Of a stretch of DNA of 64,000 nt, positions 11,316 through 24,869 are shown piece after piece. Both the position numbers and the translations under genes were made by a program. The number at the start of each line of letters is the position of its first letter. The stretch's first letter is position 1. Origin of the DNA: Azolla caroliniana (lineage: Eukaryota > Plantae > Polypodiophyta); NCBI GenBank assembly GCA_043228905.1, contig JBHGNT010000001.1, positions 62,001 through 126,000 on the forward strand. The letters run 5' to 3'. The notes under the pieces are model-generated. The model made no database searches, was not told the origin of the DNA, and saw nothing but the letters and a program-made list of their open reading frames with translations.

Positions 11316-13629
11316 ATGCCGATCTTTATCTCTACCGCCTTACGCTGATGGCTCATGGAGAAACGCTTGGATGGGTGCATCCGGGTCGCAGAGGCACCTC
11401 CACACCTGGATGCGATGGACATCGCCAGAAAACTTAATATCGACACAGTCACCAACTCTTCCATCCGGAAAAAGTTGGAGTTGTCATCACTAGGTGAGAG
11501 GCATTTCGAAATCCCTCATGCAGAGGCGCTGCAGAGATATTTCGGCCCATATTCCTCTTCTGCCAAGGCCTATAGAACGAAGCAGATCCCGGATCCCTTC
11601 TTCCGTGAAGTCGCCAAGTTCCTATTAGAGGTCGGATGTGTACTCGTCAACGCATATGGGATGCCCAAGTAGAAGGCGGGTATCATTATTGATACCTTTG
11701 AAGGGCTTGCGGTCGATTGGGGGGTCATCACGGGACCGACATTAAGGGAAGGCCTGCATGTGTATCAGGGAGGCAAGAAGCTCAGGCTGATCATACAATA
11801 GTACCTAATGGTGTTGTTCCCACGTCGAGGCTTGCCGGCACCGCAACCCAGCAGACCCACGCCTCCGCCCCGATCCGCGAAACGCAGGTTAGCGGAGTTA
11901 ACTGCCACAGAGTGGGAAGAGGAACCCCTACCCACGCAGCCAGACACATGGACAACGCAGGAAGAACATGCGGTGCGCTCCGCGGAAGCAGCCCCAGAGC
12001 CAGACACCGAAACACGACAGGATAGCCCCAGACCGAAACGACGAAGGTTGGACAGGAAAGATGGGCGGGGATTGGTCAAGGACGTCCCCACGACGACAGA
12101 GACAACGACCAAAGGCGATAGCTCCGCAGCTACGGAGCCCAACACCACCTTCGAAATCATCCGTGAGCCACGACCGATCATTACGGCCTAGTCACAACGA
12201 GGGAAAGCTGTATTGACGGCGGAAAGTGAGGTTTTGGCATATCCACATATCCCGGACACGACCCATGAGTTCAACGCCCTCTTGCAGTACGACACCTCTT
12301 TTGAGCTCATGGAATTCCTGGCAACGCAACAGATAAAGGCCTCACAACGAATGGCCGAGGAGCATGCGGAACGCTAGATGATCGAGTGCGCCCTAACACA
12401 AACGGCGGACAACGACGATGACGACCGACTAGCCAGAGTCGGCAGACAGAGGAACACTGGTATACGCCGAGTGGGGATGGAGCTACCCCCATTAAACATG
12501 GCCCTAGTGAAGGTCAATAGGGAACTAGCAAAGGTCAGCACGGGCACCAAGGAGATGGCCATTAAAAATAAGAATGTTTGGAAGAAGGTGAAACTGACCC
12601 AAGCCGAGCTGCAAAAAGCCAACAAACGCATTGCGGAGTTGGAAACTAACGCGACTACGGTGCAACAGGCAACTCCACCACTAAACCACGCCATCGACGC
12701 CTTGAAGGAAGAGATTGAGGCTCAGACCGTCATTGCCTCAAAAGCAAAAAGGGCCATACAACTAGCGGAATCAGAAATTGACCGCCTTCGAGTTGAACTG
12801 TGCCAATCCTCAGACAGGGAAAAAGAGATTCGGGCTAACGGCCGGAAGGCAGTAAAAACCCTTGAAGAGAAACTTGTTGAGGAGGCAACACAACACATCC
12901 GGACAAAAGACGAAAACGCCCAATTACGGGAGGAAGCGAAGAACTTGGAGGCGGCAATTGCGGGACTCCAGACCTTATTGGAGAAAAAAAAGGTATGGTT
13001 CGACGAGCAGCTGGTGGGCAAACAGGAAAGAAGGCATTGGCTCGAAATCCGCCTAAACAATGAAATGGGGAAATAAGAAGAACTCCAAGCAAAGGAATCC
13101 CAGCTGTAGGCGGACCTGAAGACCACGTACGAAGAAGCGGCGACGGTTAGTCAACAAGAAATTTCAAACCTTAAGAAGTCGGTGGAAGAAGCACACAACC
13201 GTTGCCAGGCCATCACAAACAACGTGCGTATCCTTCTACAAACAAATCGAGAGAGGTTCACAACGCAATTGAAAACGGCGATAGACAAAGGATGGATGGT
13301 GTGGGCAGCCCAAGCAGCGGAATTGCACGCGTATCATGCGGACTAGGAGAACCGGCGAAAAGACGGCCGAGGTTTCTATAAACTCAATGAGGAGAGCATT
13401 GCGGCAGTACGCGAGGACCTAGCACAAGACTATCGCGCACTCGCGGACCAACATTCTGAAGAACTCGCGCAACTCTTAGATGATTTTGGTGAAAGCCAGG
13501 AGGAGCTATTTCACCAAATCACACAAGCCGGCCGCACGTGAACAAATGAGGAATCCATCGTGACACCAATTCCGGGCACTGTCGAAAATGAGGAACCTCA
13601 GGCCAGGTCACTAGAAATTACAATGACGG
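11316..13629 (+). pseudogene. Extra sense ORF downstream of pol (globular N-terminus, low-complexity middle, long coiled coil)
   Basis: ORF pieces 11085-11348, 11355-11672, 11808-12191 and 12378-13076 are in one frame, separated by isolated stops. The C-terminal part is E/K/L/A heptad-rich. Confidence 0.7.
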
Positions 13630-14288
13630 TGTCGTGAAGAAAACCGTCCACAAGCGGAATCGGTGCACCGGAGCGTAGGAACCGGCTCTTCATGCACGAT
13701 CCGTGGTAGGTAGGAAGTTAATAGGAAACGACTCCTTCCTTGCCTATAAAAGGAGGGAGACGAGGAGGGGAATAGGTATCGCGAAGTAAGAGAGGACGAA
13801 GTGCTGTCAGATTGTGGGCCGAAGGCTTCTCTCTCTTCCAAACTCCATAGCTTCTTTCTGTGCAGGTTTTCGGGAGGCTCGCGCTGCTCTGAGGAATGCC
13901 CGAGTGCTTCCGGCAGCACCTCCAACCTACTCCTTTCTTTCTGTGCGTTTACGAACAGGCATCAGCATCTGTTCGCCGGCCTGTTCGGTTGTAACCGACT
14001 TCGTGTTCTTGTTGTTTGTCTTTGTCAATACATACATACATTCGTGTCTCTCTGTGTCGCTGTCCCACTCGCGTCTTTGTGTCGAAGGGCCGTGTCCCTG
14101 TGGATCTACATACCGTTGTGCCTCTCTGTGTTGGTTTCCACGCTCGCGTCTTCGTGTCGAAGGGCCGTGTCCCTGTGAATCTATGCTCGCACGTAGTGGG
14201 TCTCTTCTCCTTTCTCTCTTGCTCTTCGGTACAGGACCCCCGAGGTCCCACCTCATTCCACGCATCCGCGAGGAATACCTCGACATCT

Positions 14289-14306
14289 TGGTGAACCCGA
14301 CGTGAA
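14289..14306 (+). promoter_or_regulatory. tRNA-Trp primer binding site
   Basis: TGGTGAACCCGACGTGAA 3 nt after the LTR, identical to the PBS at 6671-6688. Confidence 0.85.
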
Positions 14307-14328
14307 GGAGGCGGCAGAAGAGCAGAAG

Positions 14329-16455
14329 ATGAAAGGGTCAGATCTTGCGGAGGCCATGGCTTCGGCCGTGGATCGGATATTGAGTGCACGTGAGGGCTCC
14401 GACGCCCTCGACAGAGCCATTGAGGCGGTCGTCGGTACGATCGGCCGGTTCAGCGGAAAGGATGCCACGAAGTATTTGGCGTCCTACGGGGCAGAAATGT
14501 TGATGCGGGACATTCCGAAAGAGAGGCGTCTTGCCGAGTTCCCTCAAGTGGCGATGCCGAGCATCCATGCGGAGGTGCTCGAGGTGCGGGCGGAGAGCCG
14601 TACCTAGGAGGAGTTCGAAGGTCGACTCCTAGAAAAATACGGGCTGGACGACGCGCTCCGGCTTTCGAAACGGGACTTCATGGAATGGGTGGAGTCCCCC
14701 GGCAAGGGAAGAAACGCGTCGGCACTCCTCCGGGAGTTCGAAGAACGCTTTGTGCGCCTTTCGGCGCTTGACCGAACCGTTCTGGATACGAGCCGGGTCC
14801 TACTGTTCATCAAGTCGGTGGACGAGCGGGACCGGGATCAAGTCGGCTCCTTGCTGGAAACCGAAGATGGGCTGACGACCGACTGGGCTGCGGTTAAGAG
14901 AGTCTGTGGCCGTTTCGACAAACGGCGAGAATGGGCTGACAACGGGGCGGCTGGTGCGGGCTCTGTCACAGCAAGGAGGCTTGAACCGGCACCGCAAGGG
15001 CGGAGGGAAGAAACCCGGGAATGGCTCGAAACCGGTCCGGCTTCGACCGGCATGGTCAGTGGCTCATCCGGAGGAGCAGCGCTGGACGAGTTGACGCGGG
15101 CGATAAAGGATCTCCAGATCGCCCAGACTCAAAGGGAAGGCGGCGAACCGGCTCGTGACCGACGACAGGTAGCAGGGAACAGGTGCATGTGGTGCGACGA
15201 GGTCGGCCACATCCGGAAGGACTGCGGTGATTTCGCAGAAGCGTTGAGGAACCGGGTGGTGTACCTGTGGGAAGGCCGGGTGCACGCCGGCGACACCAGA
15301 AGGGCCCTAAACCGAAACGACGGGCGAGGAGGTATGAAGAGACTGATGGAAGAGGCAGCGGCCCGACACGTGGAGGCCATCCACTACTCGGCGTCGGCCG
15401 ATATTCGGGTCGGGGGCAGCGAGGCCCGAAAGGAGAGCAAGGACGGGTTCTGGTCGGCAATGTTGGAAGGCCTTGCCGGCGCACGGCTAAGGAAAGATGA
15501 AACGGACCGCGTTGAGAGACGGGTCCGGGAAATAACCGGGTGGAGCGATCCGGTCGAGGAGAAGACGGGCTTCGTAGAAGCCGCCTGTTGGAACTACGAT
15601 GCTCTGGTAGAAGACAAACGAGTGGGGAAAGCCGGAGCGGCCGAGCCCTCACAACGGTACGAGACCCGATTCGGCCAACGACGGAACGATGCCGGTGGGT
15701 CCAGCTCGCAAGATAACCCCAGGAAGGGCGGATACCGACTGGGGATGGAAATAGAAAGGACTACGGACCTACGAAAGGTCCTAGAAGAACGGACCCTCGA
15801 CAGCAAAGTGAAGCTGTCATTGCGAGAGGTGCTAGGGATCGCCAAGAAGGAGTTCCACGACTCCATTGTGGACCTGGTGAAACGGAAGAGGCTGTCGACG
15901 GAGACGGAACCGGAAAGACCAGTGGAGGTGCGGACGACGCACATCGACGACATGGCGCTGGAAGATGAGTGGGCGGAGAGCCACTATTCAAGGCCGCACT
16001 GGGCCCGAGTGACCACGGAGACCCCGGTAAAGATCGAAGATGTTCAGGAACCGGTGGTGGCATTGGTGGACCACGGTTTGGAAATAAACCTGATGTCCAT
16101 GGACTTCTATAAGAAGGGGAAGTGGCCGATCAACACCAAGCACGGGTGGAAGATACGAGCGGCGACGCGCGCCACCGAGGAATTGCATGGGGCCTGCCCG
16201 AACGTGCGAGTCAAGATTGGCGACGTCGAGATTGACCAGCACTTCTTCGTACAGGAGACGTCCTCGCACCCGGTCATATTAGGGGAACCATACATCACGG
16301 CGGCGCGAATGGAGACCAAGGTGCTGGACAACGGTTCGGCCTACGCGAGGGTCAAAAGCTAGGACGGGCGCCATTCAGTCCAATTTCTGACGGTGCGACC
16401 GAACCACGAGCGAAACCACGAATCCCTCGGTGGCGAGAACCGGGAGGATTTTTAG
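14329..16455 (+). pseudogene. Gag-protease ORF1 (708 codons) with two premature TAG stops
   Basis: One frame from ATG 14329, with stops at 14605 and 16360. Knuckle CMWCDEVGHIRKDC, protease LVDHGLEIN...ILGEP, ends GAG GAT TTT TAG. Confidence 0.85.
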
Positions 16456-17384
16456 AGAGGGCTGCCGAGGCGTGGGGCCGAGACAGTCCGGACACTCGGG
16501 AAAGACCCCACGATTGTACGATAGAACCGAAACCGAAGGAACCCTGTACGATAGGTAGGAAATTTTGCTTCTCCAACAACGGAGGGTGTATGATAGTCGG
16601 CATCGTTGGCCGAGAAAAGACAAGGGCGGAAGTGCGACTTTGAGCGTGCAGAGTTCTCGGCCCAGACGAGGAAATCAGCGGAGCCTTGGAGGCAGTCTCC
16701 TTCGACGACACCTTGGGTACGTAACCTAGTGCATAGGCTGGGTGCGTAAAACCGTACGCAAAATATGGCCGTGGTGGTGTTTGAACCGAGAGGCCGTTAG
16801 AGTGTTATTCCTCGTAAGGAATAATTTTGGGAGTAACTGTAGGATGTTCATTTATGAGCGTCAAGTATTGTAAGTACTTGTGTTAGCCCAATAGTCAAGG
16901 CTTGTATAATGACGTGAACTGGTCGTTCCTTAAGCGCAACGCTCGGCCACAACCGAGCTTAGAATGATACACAAAAAACGGGAAATAAAACGCGACACAA
17001 AGAAGAGACGAGGTACATAGGAGGTTTACGTGGAAAACCCCAAACTAGGGGAAAAAACCACGGAAGCCCACAGGCTACAAACTATCACTATGATGGAATG
17101 TACAACCATGAGTTCACTGAGGCACCGACCTCGTGCTCACAGATCTTCGCCACAGGCGGCGGTTACAATAGAGGCAATGACCTCTTTCTCTTTCTCTCTC
17201 TCTGTACAGTTACACACACTCTCTATTCTTGCACCAACAAGAATGACAACAACAACAACAACAACCATAACAACAGTTACTAAAAGTTTGCCCTAAGTCA
17301 TATTTATACTAATATGACTTTTCAGCTATTTACAAATGTAGTCGCGATGGACTATCAGAAAACATATTTACTAATATGTCTCTT

Positions 17385-17637
17385 CATCCGGTTCTCCGTA
17401 GTCGGGTACTCCTCATCCGGTCTTCACCGGGTCTGCATCATCCGGCCCTCCGTAGTCGGGTACTCCTCATCCGGTCTTCACCGGGTCTGCATCATCCGGC
17501 TCTCCGTAGCCGGGTACTCCTCATCCGGTCCATACCGGGTCTGCACCATCCGGCCCTCCGTAGCCAGGTACTCCTCATCCGGTCTTCACCGGGTCTGCAT
17601 CATCCGGCTCTCCATAGCCGGGTACTCTTCATCCGGT
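17385..17637. repeat. 54-bp CCGG-rich tandem array in 3' LTR (~4.7 copies)
   Basis: Period 54 (GTCGGG at 17401 and 17455), giving an 18-aa periodic translation. Confidence 0.9.
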
Positions 17638-17682
17638 CTCCCTTCCCATCCGGAGGGACCTATCTCCCAACAAACTCCCCCT

Positions 17683-20600
17683 TCACTCCAGCATGGGGTG
17701 TCTTACCAGTCCGATTCTCTTCCGGCATGCATCCAGCTTGTCGGGTATCAGCACTTTGGTCAGCATATCTGACCCGTTCTCGGCCGTGTGGATCTTCATC
17801 AGCGCGAACTCCTGGTCATCTACTCTTTCCCGGATCCAGTGATATCTTCGCTGGATATGCTTCGTCCGAGAATGGTAGGTCGCATTCTTAGCAAGGTGGA
17901 TGGCACTTTGACTGTCGCAATAGAGTCGGTATTCCTCTTGCCGGATACCGAGCTCTCCGATGAAGTCCTTCATCCATAATATTTCCTTGCCGGCTTCCAC
18001 AGCCGCCATGTACTCCGCCTTTGTGGTTGACAATGCAACCGTCTTCTGCAGCCTCGACTGCCACGAAACGGCTCCCCCTGCATATGTCATTACATACCCG
18101 GAAGTGGACCGGCTGGTATCCACATCAGCCGACATGTCTGAATCGGTGAAACCGTCAAGTTGAGGTTTTCCGGAGCCGAATCGGAGACACATATTTGAAG
18201 TGCCCTTCAAATATCGGAGTATCCATTTGACCGCGTTCTAGTGCTCCTTGCCGGGATTGCTCATAAACCGGCTCACCACTCCGACTGCGTATCCTATGTC
18301 CGATTGGGTACAAACCATTGCGTACATCAAGCTCCCAACGGCAGAGGCATATGGAATCTTCATCATATCCGCCTTCTCTGCTTTCGTCTTCGGGCTTTGC
18401 TTACCGGATAGCTTGCAGTTTGCCGGAAGTGTCGATCCGACCGGTTTTGCTTCTAACATGTTGAACCGGTGAAGCACCTTTGTCACGTACTTCTCCTGTG
18501 ACAACCATAATTGCTTCTTTGACCGGTCCCGAATGATATGCATCCCCAACATCTGTCTTGCCGGACCCAAGTCTTTCATTGAGAAGGTCCAGTTGAGAGC
18601 CTTCTTCAGCATCCGTATTTTGACTTGGTCACGTCCGACGATCAACATGTCATCCACGTATAGAAGGAGTAACAGGAAGTCGCCTCCTTCGAACTTCTTC
18701 ACAAACACGCAGTGATCGGCCTGCGTCTTGTGGTACCCTTGATCGGTCATGAAGGAGTCGAACTTCCGGTACCATTGACGGGGAGCCTGCTTCAGTCCGT
18801 ACAGGCTCTTCTTCAACCGGCATACCACGTGCTCCTTCCCTTTCTCCACGAATCCTTCCGGTTGCTGCATGTAGATCTCCTCTTCGAGGTCGCCGTGAAG
18901 GAATGCCGTCTTCACGTCCAACTGCTCTACCTCGAGGTCCATGCTTGCTACTATACTCAGCACCGTCCGGATGGAGGTCATCTTTACTTCTGGGGCAAAT
19001 ATCTCGTCGAAGTCCACGCCCTTCTTCTGCTGGAACCCCTTCACCACGATCCTGGCTTTGTATCTCGGGGGGTTTCCGGCATCTCCCGGTTTCAACTTGT
19101 ACATCCACTTGTTTCGGAGTGCCCGCTTTCCTTTCGGTAGCTCCACCAATTCGTACGTATGGTTCTCATGCAGGGAATCCATCTCGTCCTGCATGGCACT
19201 TAACCATTTTCGGCTGTGGGTGTCATCCTCCGCTTCTTTGAAGCTTTCCGGCTCCCCCTCATCGGTCAGCAGAACACGCTCTACATTCGGAAATCTCCGG
19301 GGGGCCCTTCTCTCTCTGAGAGGATATCTCCGTCTTTGGGCTTCGGTAGCCGGCTCCTCCATTTGCTCTTCATCCAAATCCGATTCGGGGTCTTGGCCGG
19401 TTCCGGTCTCAGCTTCCTCTACTTCTTCTTCTGCCGGTTCGGTATCCTCACCGTAACCGGCTGGTTCATCGAGTGCTAACCGGTCTCTTGCCAGTTGGGT
19501 CTGCTCATCATAGAGTCTATCCTTACTGGTCGACTCGGAGTTCATTATCTTCTTCTCCGACTCCCAGTCGGCGAGCGTCTTGTCCTCCATGAAGATAATA
19601 TCTCAACTCTGGAATACCTTCTTGTCGACCAGGTCCCACACTCGGTAGTCGAACTCATCGTCACCGTAACCGAGGAATATGCATGGCCAGGTCTTTGGAT
19701 CTAACTTTCCTCTCCAATCCTTAGCTACATCCACGTACACGAGACACCCGAACACCTTTAGATGCCGGTAGGATACTTCCTTACCGGTCCACACTGGCGT
19801 GTCTCTGTCCAAGGGTACTGAGGGTGATCTATTTATCACATATGTCGCCTTCGACAGTGCCTCAGCCCAAAACTTCTTGGGTAGTTTTGCATGCGCTAGC
19901 ATACTCCGGACCCTCTCCATTATGGTCCGGTTCATCCTCTCGGCCAGTCCGTTTAGTTCCGGTGTCTTCGGCACGGTAAATTCGAGCCAGATCCCCTTCG
20001 AGCGGCAGTACTCCTCGAACTGCCCCCGGTATTCTCCTCCGTTGTCTGCTCGTACCGCCTTCAGCTTCCGGCCGGTTTCTCTTTCCACTCTCGCGTGGAG
20101 CTCTTTGAAGACGGATAACACCTGATCCTTCGTCTTCAACGGTGTGGCCCACAGTTTTCGGTTGTGGTCATCTATGAACGTCATGAAGTACTGCGCTCCG
20201 GCATGTGATTTCGTGTCTACTTGACACACATCCGTATGCACCAACTCCAATGGTGCATTATGTCTCATCGGTGGCCTTGGTCGGAAGGAGGTCCGGTTCT
20301 GCTTACCGGCCAGACAATCAGTGCACTTCTCTAAGTGCACGTTCTTCACTAGAATGAGGTTGTCGTTTGCAAGCCTCTTCATCCCCTTCTCGCTCATATG
20401 ACACAACCTCTTGTGCCACAGCTCACCGGCAGTGTCGGATGCCACGTTCACTTCTTCCGGACAAAACCGGGTATTCATCAGGTACAGTGTGTTTACCTTC
20501 CGGGCCCGAGCCACAATCAGGCTCCCTCTGCTGAACTTCATGACACCGTTCCAGATGCTACCCGTGTAGCCTTCATCATCTAGCCGACCGGCTGATATCA

Positions 20601-21723
20601 GGTTTAGTCGAACCTCCAGAACGTGTCGGACATCCTTTAGCAGCAACTTGCATCCAGTTGGTGTTGACAGCCACACGTCTCCTATGCCGACAATTCGGCA
20701 TGTACCTTCATTCCCCATCCGGACACAGCCGTGGTCACCGGCTGAGTAGGATGAGAAGCATTTCCGGTCCAGGGTAAGGTGGAACGATGCTCCGGAGTCT
20801 ACCACCCAGGTCATCTCGTCGCCAGCAAGGTTTATATCACTCTCCTCGGTGATGAGCATCAACTCTTCTTCACTTGCCGTGATTGCCATCGTTCCCTTCC
20901 GGTCCGGCCCCCTCTGGTCTTTACCGTTCCGGTCTGAGGTCCGCTTCGAATCGGTACCGTCGGTTTCCTTGTCTTTTCGGAAATGCCGACAGTTCTTTTG
21001 GAAGTGTCCCGGCTTGCCGCAATAGAAGCAAGTAGGCCTCCCCCTTGACTTTGACCGTGTCCCCGACTTCTCCCGGTTCTGGGGACTACGGTTTCTATGT
21101 CTTGTGCGTTCCGATTCGGTAAGGAGCGCTTTGGAGTTAGAGCTCGTATCTTTATCTTTTCGACGCACCTCCTCATCTAGCAAGCTTGACTTTACTCTTG
21201 CTAGGGATAACCATTTTCCTTCCGGCCCGGCGTTGCCCAAAGTGACAACCAACGTCTCCCAGCTATCCGGGACGGAACCGAGCAGGAGTAACGCTAGTAC
21301 CTCATCGGCGAGAGGTACTTCCAATGAAGTTGCCTGGTGGATCAGCCCCTAGAAGGCATTCATGTGCTCCGCCATGCTGGAGCCATCTTGGTACCGGAGT
21401 CTTACTAGCTTCCGGAATACCGAAACCTGATTAACAACATTTTTGTTTTGAAACATTATGCCGATCTTCTCCCAGAGCTCATGAGCCTTGCTCTCTTCAT
21501 TGAAGTTGTTGTACAGGCTCATGTCGATGAAGCACCGTACATACGCCGTTGTCTTCATGTGCATCACCTCCCATATCGCGGCGTCGATTTTGTCCGGTCT
21601 CTTGTCCCCGAACTGAACCGGCAGCCAAAGATCTTTTACCACGAGCATATCCCTCATCTTCGACTTCCACACTGAATAGTTGGAGCCGGTGAGCTTGAAC
21701 ATGCCGCCAAACGATTCGTCCAT
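17683..21723 (-). pseudogene. copia gag-pol (Gag-PR-IN-RT-RH) with stops/frameshift
   Basis: CFYCGKPGHFQKNC, VVDSGAS, HTDVC/DNGGEY, QLDVKTAFLHG, LYVDDML, RTKHI. Split into four ORFs. Confidence 0.92.
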
Positions 21724-22231
21724 TTTCTGTGTCGTTTTGCTTTGATACCACTTGACGTTAACTGGTCGTTCCTTATGCGCAACGCTCGGCCACAACCGAG
21801 CTTAGAATGATACACAGAAAACGGGAAATAAAACGCAACACAAAGAAGCGACGAGGTACACAGGAGGTTTACGTGGAAAACCCCAAACTAGGGGAAAAAA
21901 CCACGGCAGCCCACAGGCTACAAACTATCACTATGATGGAATGTACAACCATGAGTTCACTGAGGCACCGACCTCGTGCTCACAGATCTTCACCACAGGC
22001 TGCGGTTACAACAGAGGCAACGACCTCTTTCTCTCTCTCTCTCTCTCTCTGTACAGTTACACACACTCTCTATTCTTGCACCAACAAGAATGACAACAAC
22101 AACAACAACAACAGTAACAACAGTTACTAAAAGTTTGCCCTAAGTCATATTTATACTAATATGACTTTTCGGCTATTTACAAATGTAGCCGCGATGGACT
22201 ATCAGAAAACATATTTACTAATATGTCTCTT

Positions 22232-22562
22232 CATCCGGTTCTCCGTAGCCGGGTACTCCTCATCTGGTCTTCACCGGGTCTGCATCATCCGGCTCTCCGT
22301 AGCCGGGTACTCCTCATCCGGTTCATACCGGGTCTGCACCATCCGGCCCTCCGTAGTCGGGTACTCCTCATCCGGTCCATACCGGGTCTGCACCATCCGG
22401 CACTCCGTAGCCGGGTACTCCTCATCCGGTCCATACCGGGTCTGCACCATCCGGCCCTTCGTAGTCGGGTATTCCTCATCCGGTCTTCACCGGGTCTGCA
22501 TCATCCGGCTCTTCGTAGCCGGGTACTCCTCATCCGGTCCATACCGGGTCTGCACCATCCGG
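22232..22562. repeat. 54-bp tandem array in 5' LTR (6 or more copies)
   Basis: Same unit as 17385-17637. The LTR breaks off inside the array. Confidence 0.9.
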
Positions 22563-24869
22563 GTAAGGTGGATCAACACCCTTCTTTCTCTCTCTTCTTT
22601 CTTATCTATTTACCTATTATATCCTTATCATATGCTTACATTAGTAGCTAGCTCTTACATCATATTATATTCAAATGCAAGATGAGGGGAATAAAACCCA
22701 AGTTTTTTTAAGATTGTTTTGTTATTTCATGTTATGGGTACAAATGGTCTATTTTTTTTACAAGCTCGCTTAGTAATATCCCGTTGTTGTAGTACAAGGG
22801 CAAGCAAGTCATTGTTGTCATGCAAAAGTGTGTTTGACCAATGATGTGTGGGTGGGATTTTCGACTCAAAGATGGCTATTACGACTGTAGATGTCTCAAA
22901 GAAGACTTAAATAGCGTTGGGACAAAAATTATGTAAATAAAGATGTTGGTCCATGAGAATTCAAACCTCTAAACTATATATTAGAGAGAACACACTTAAA
23001 CCATTTGAGAAAGAGGATAAAAATAAAATCAAAATCAAATAGATATTTCAATTATGAACTCAGAGTTAGGCTTCTGGTGCCACTTGATGCACATGTTTTA
23101 GCTTTTAGTGAATCTATTGTAATAATTTTGGATTATATAAATGTTAAACAAAATAAAATAAAAAATATGATTTCTACCCAATAAAGTTATATATTATATA
23201 TCCATAAAAATGATGTCGAGTGCAAATATAAAGCTCTCTGCAATTAGAACCTATTCTTAATCTTTAGTTGGTTCACGAATCACACCATGTGCCAAAGGCA
23301 ACATGCCATTTGTGCCTTCGAATAAATTGATAAATCTACAACTCTATTGAATTGGAGAATTCAATTTGCCTCACATTGAAAGAGGATGTTAGTGCACCTT
23401 CACATATGTCCAGTCCATGGTTGGGTTTAAAGATGTACAATGAATTGCAACTCGTATTTGGAAACTCTTAATCACAAGTTTTATGACTTACGTGAAGAAT
23501 TTGTGCATCACCATAGGGAAATGAAGCCCTCAAATGGATCTTCTATTATATCGTTTTAAAATCTTTGATGATTAACCAAATACTCTAGTTCGGGGAGAAT
23601 GTTGCTTTCTATGGTTGTTTAGCAAAGCTACATGGCCCACAATTCATCTAAAGAAACAATAAAGTAGGTTGTTTATTTGTACCTCTCCAAGATTTACTTC
23701 GAGAAACATATTGACATAAGTGGGTTTTGAACGCAAGTTGAAGGGTAATTCATAGCATCACTTATCACTAGGGCGATGTTTTGGGAGAGAGAGAGAGAGA
23801 GTCCTCAAGGGTCAAATATGACCTATGAGATGAAATGTGAAACATTGATCACACATGAAGTTAATATATTGACTCTTGATATTAAATACTTCTATTAATG
23901 AATATTGTGATTAAGAGAGCACATTGTGACTATGAGAGAAATTGTATAGGGATGACCAATTTGATAAAATGTGGAAAACAAACTTGAATATGGGAGAATG
24001 TGAAGTTTTCTATAAAAAAATGTGACTCTCTAACTCACAAAACTTGTTTAAGGAAAGGCAGTCAAAGTCATATGGAAGGAACTATTAAAATAATGGACAA
24101 TGGGATGGGAATTTGTGTTGCGGAGAGCAAATTCCCCATTTAGTGAAGAAGTTGGTGCAACATATCTACTATATTGTGTGCAACATGACCATTGGAATCT
24201 TTTCCATGGAGTATGTATACAACGAAACAAGAACAATGGATCACATCTTCTAAACCACTTTTGCGTCTTTCAATGTTTTACTTGGTTCATATGCTATCAT
24301 AGGAAGTTCATGTTGTTCTTTTTGGTACTAAACATCAAAAAAAAAAAATCATAACAAAATATGCTTCATTAGTCAAATTCTGCATACATGACGACATGAA
24401 TAGGCTAACAACATTACAATGGTTGTAGCCATGACAACCTATGAAAACCACAAATACTACCGTCTATGATTATTTCAACCTTGTCACTCAACATTTTTGC
24501 TAAAACTTCAAGGCACAAAACCATTACCACTGTTTGCATAGCATGTAATCAATGCATGCACTAGTGCCCTACCTGTTACATCTTTCATAAAATAGTGTGT
24601 TACACCTTCCATTTCCAAAGTCTACTCTTTTCTTTGTAGCTTCTGCACCAGAATTCCAATGAATCCTCCAAATTTCTTGCATCTTACCAAACTTGGTTCG
24701 TAAACATGAACTCCACAATCGATGAACTTCTCCCTAAGTAATGTTGTTGCCATGCCAACGCCCATATCACCAAGTAATGTTGATGTCATGCCAAAGCCCA
24801 TAGCACCAATTCCATCGTATTCAACATGTTGTAGTGATATATCTTCTTTCACAATGATTCCTTGATCGC

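Larger units (their letters stand above)
1..13629 (+). mobile_element. Degenerate non-chromovirus Ty3/gypsy LTR retrotransposon, host of nested insertions; ends not visible
   Basis: Broken Gag zinc knuckle (CFVC*QPGHY, ~147). Protease VIDGGSGVN, RT ...MFGL...VFLDDFAVY, RNase H VFVDALDIAIG, integrase HHCC plus [17 protein letters not shown] core. Interrupted at 499/7384 and at 13629. Confidence 0.9.
13630..16716 (+). mobile_element. 3'-truncated Ty3/gypsy element of the Trp-PBS group
   Basis: 5' LTR 13630-14285 (TGTCGTGAAGAAAACCGTCC...CTCGACA) preceded by ACGG. PBS 14289-14306. Gag-PR is homologous to that of 500-7379. Confidence 0.92.
16910..22562 (-). mobile_element. Ty1/copia element (Tnt1/Tork-like); 5' LTR truncated distally
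   Basis: LTRs 16910-17672 and 21753-~22562. Met-i PBS TGGTATCAAAGC at 21739-21750 and PPT AAGGGGGAGTT at 17673-17683. Confidence 0.92.

Noticed and set aside
16717-16909. 3' LTR of the host gypsy element
   Set aside because: No second copy in the window to confirm it.
17385-17637. CRISPR-like array or repeat-protein ORFs (17314-17772, 22161-22685)
   Set aside because: No unique spacers. These are head-to-tail 54-bp units in LTRs, and the ORFs are a by-product of a period divisible by 3.
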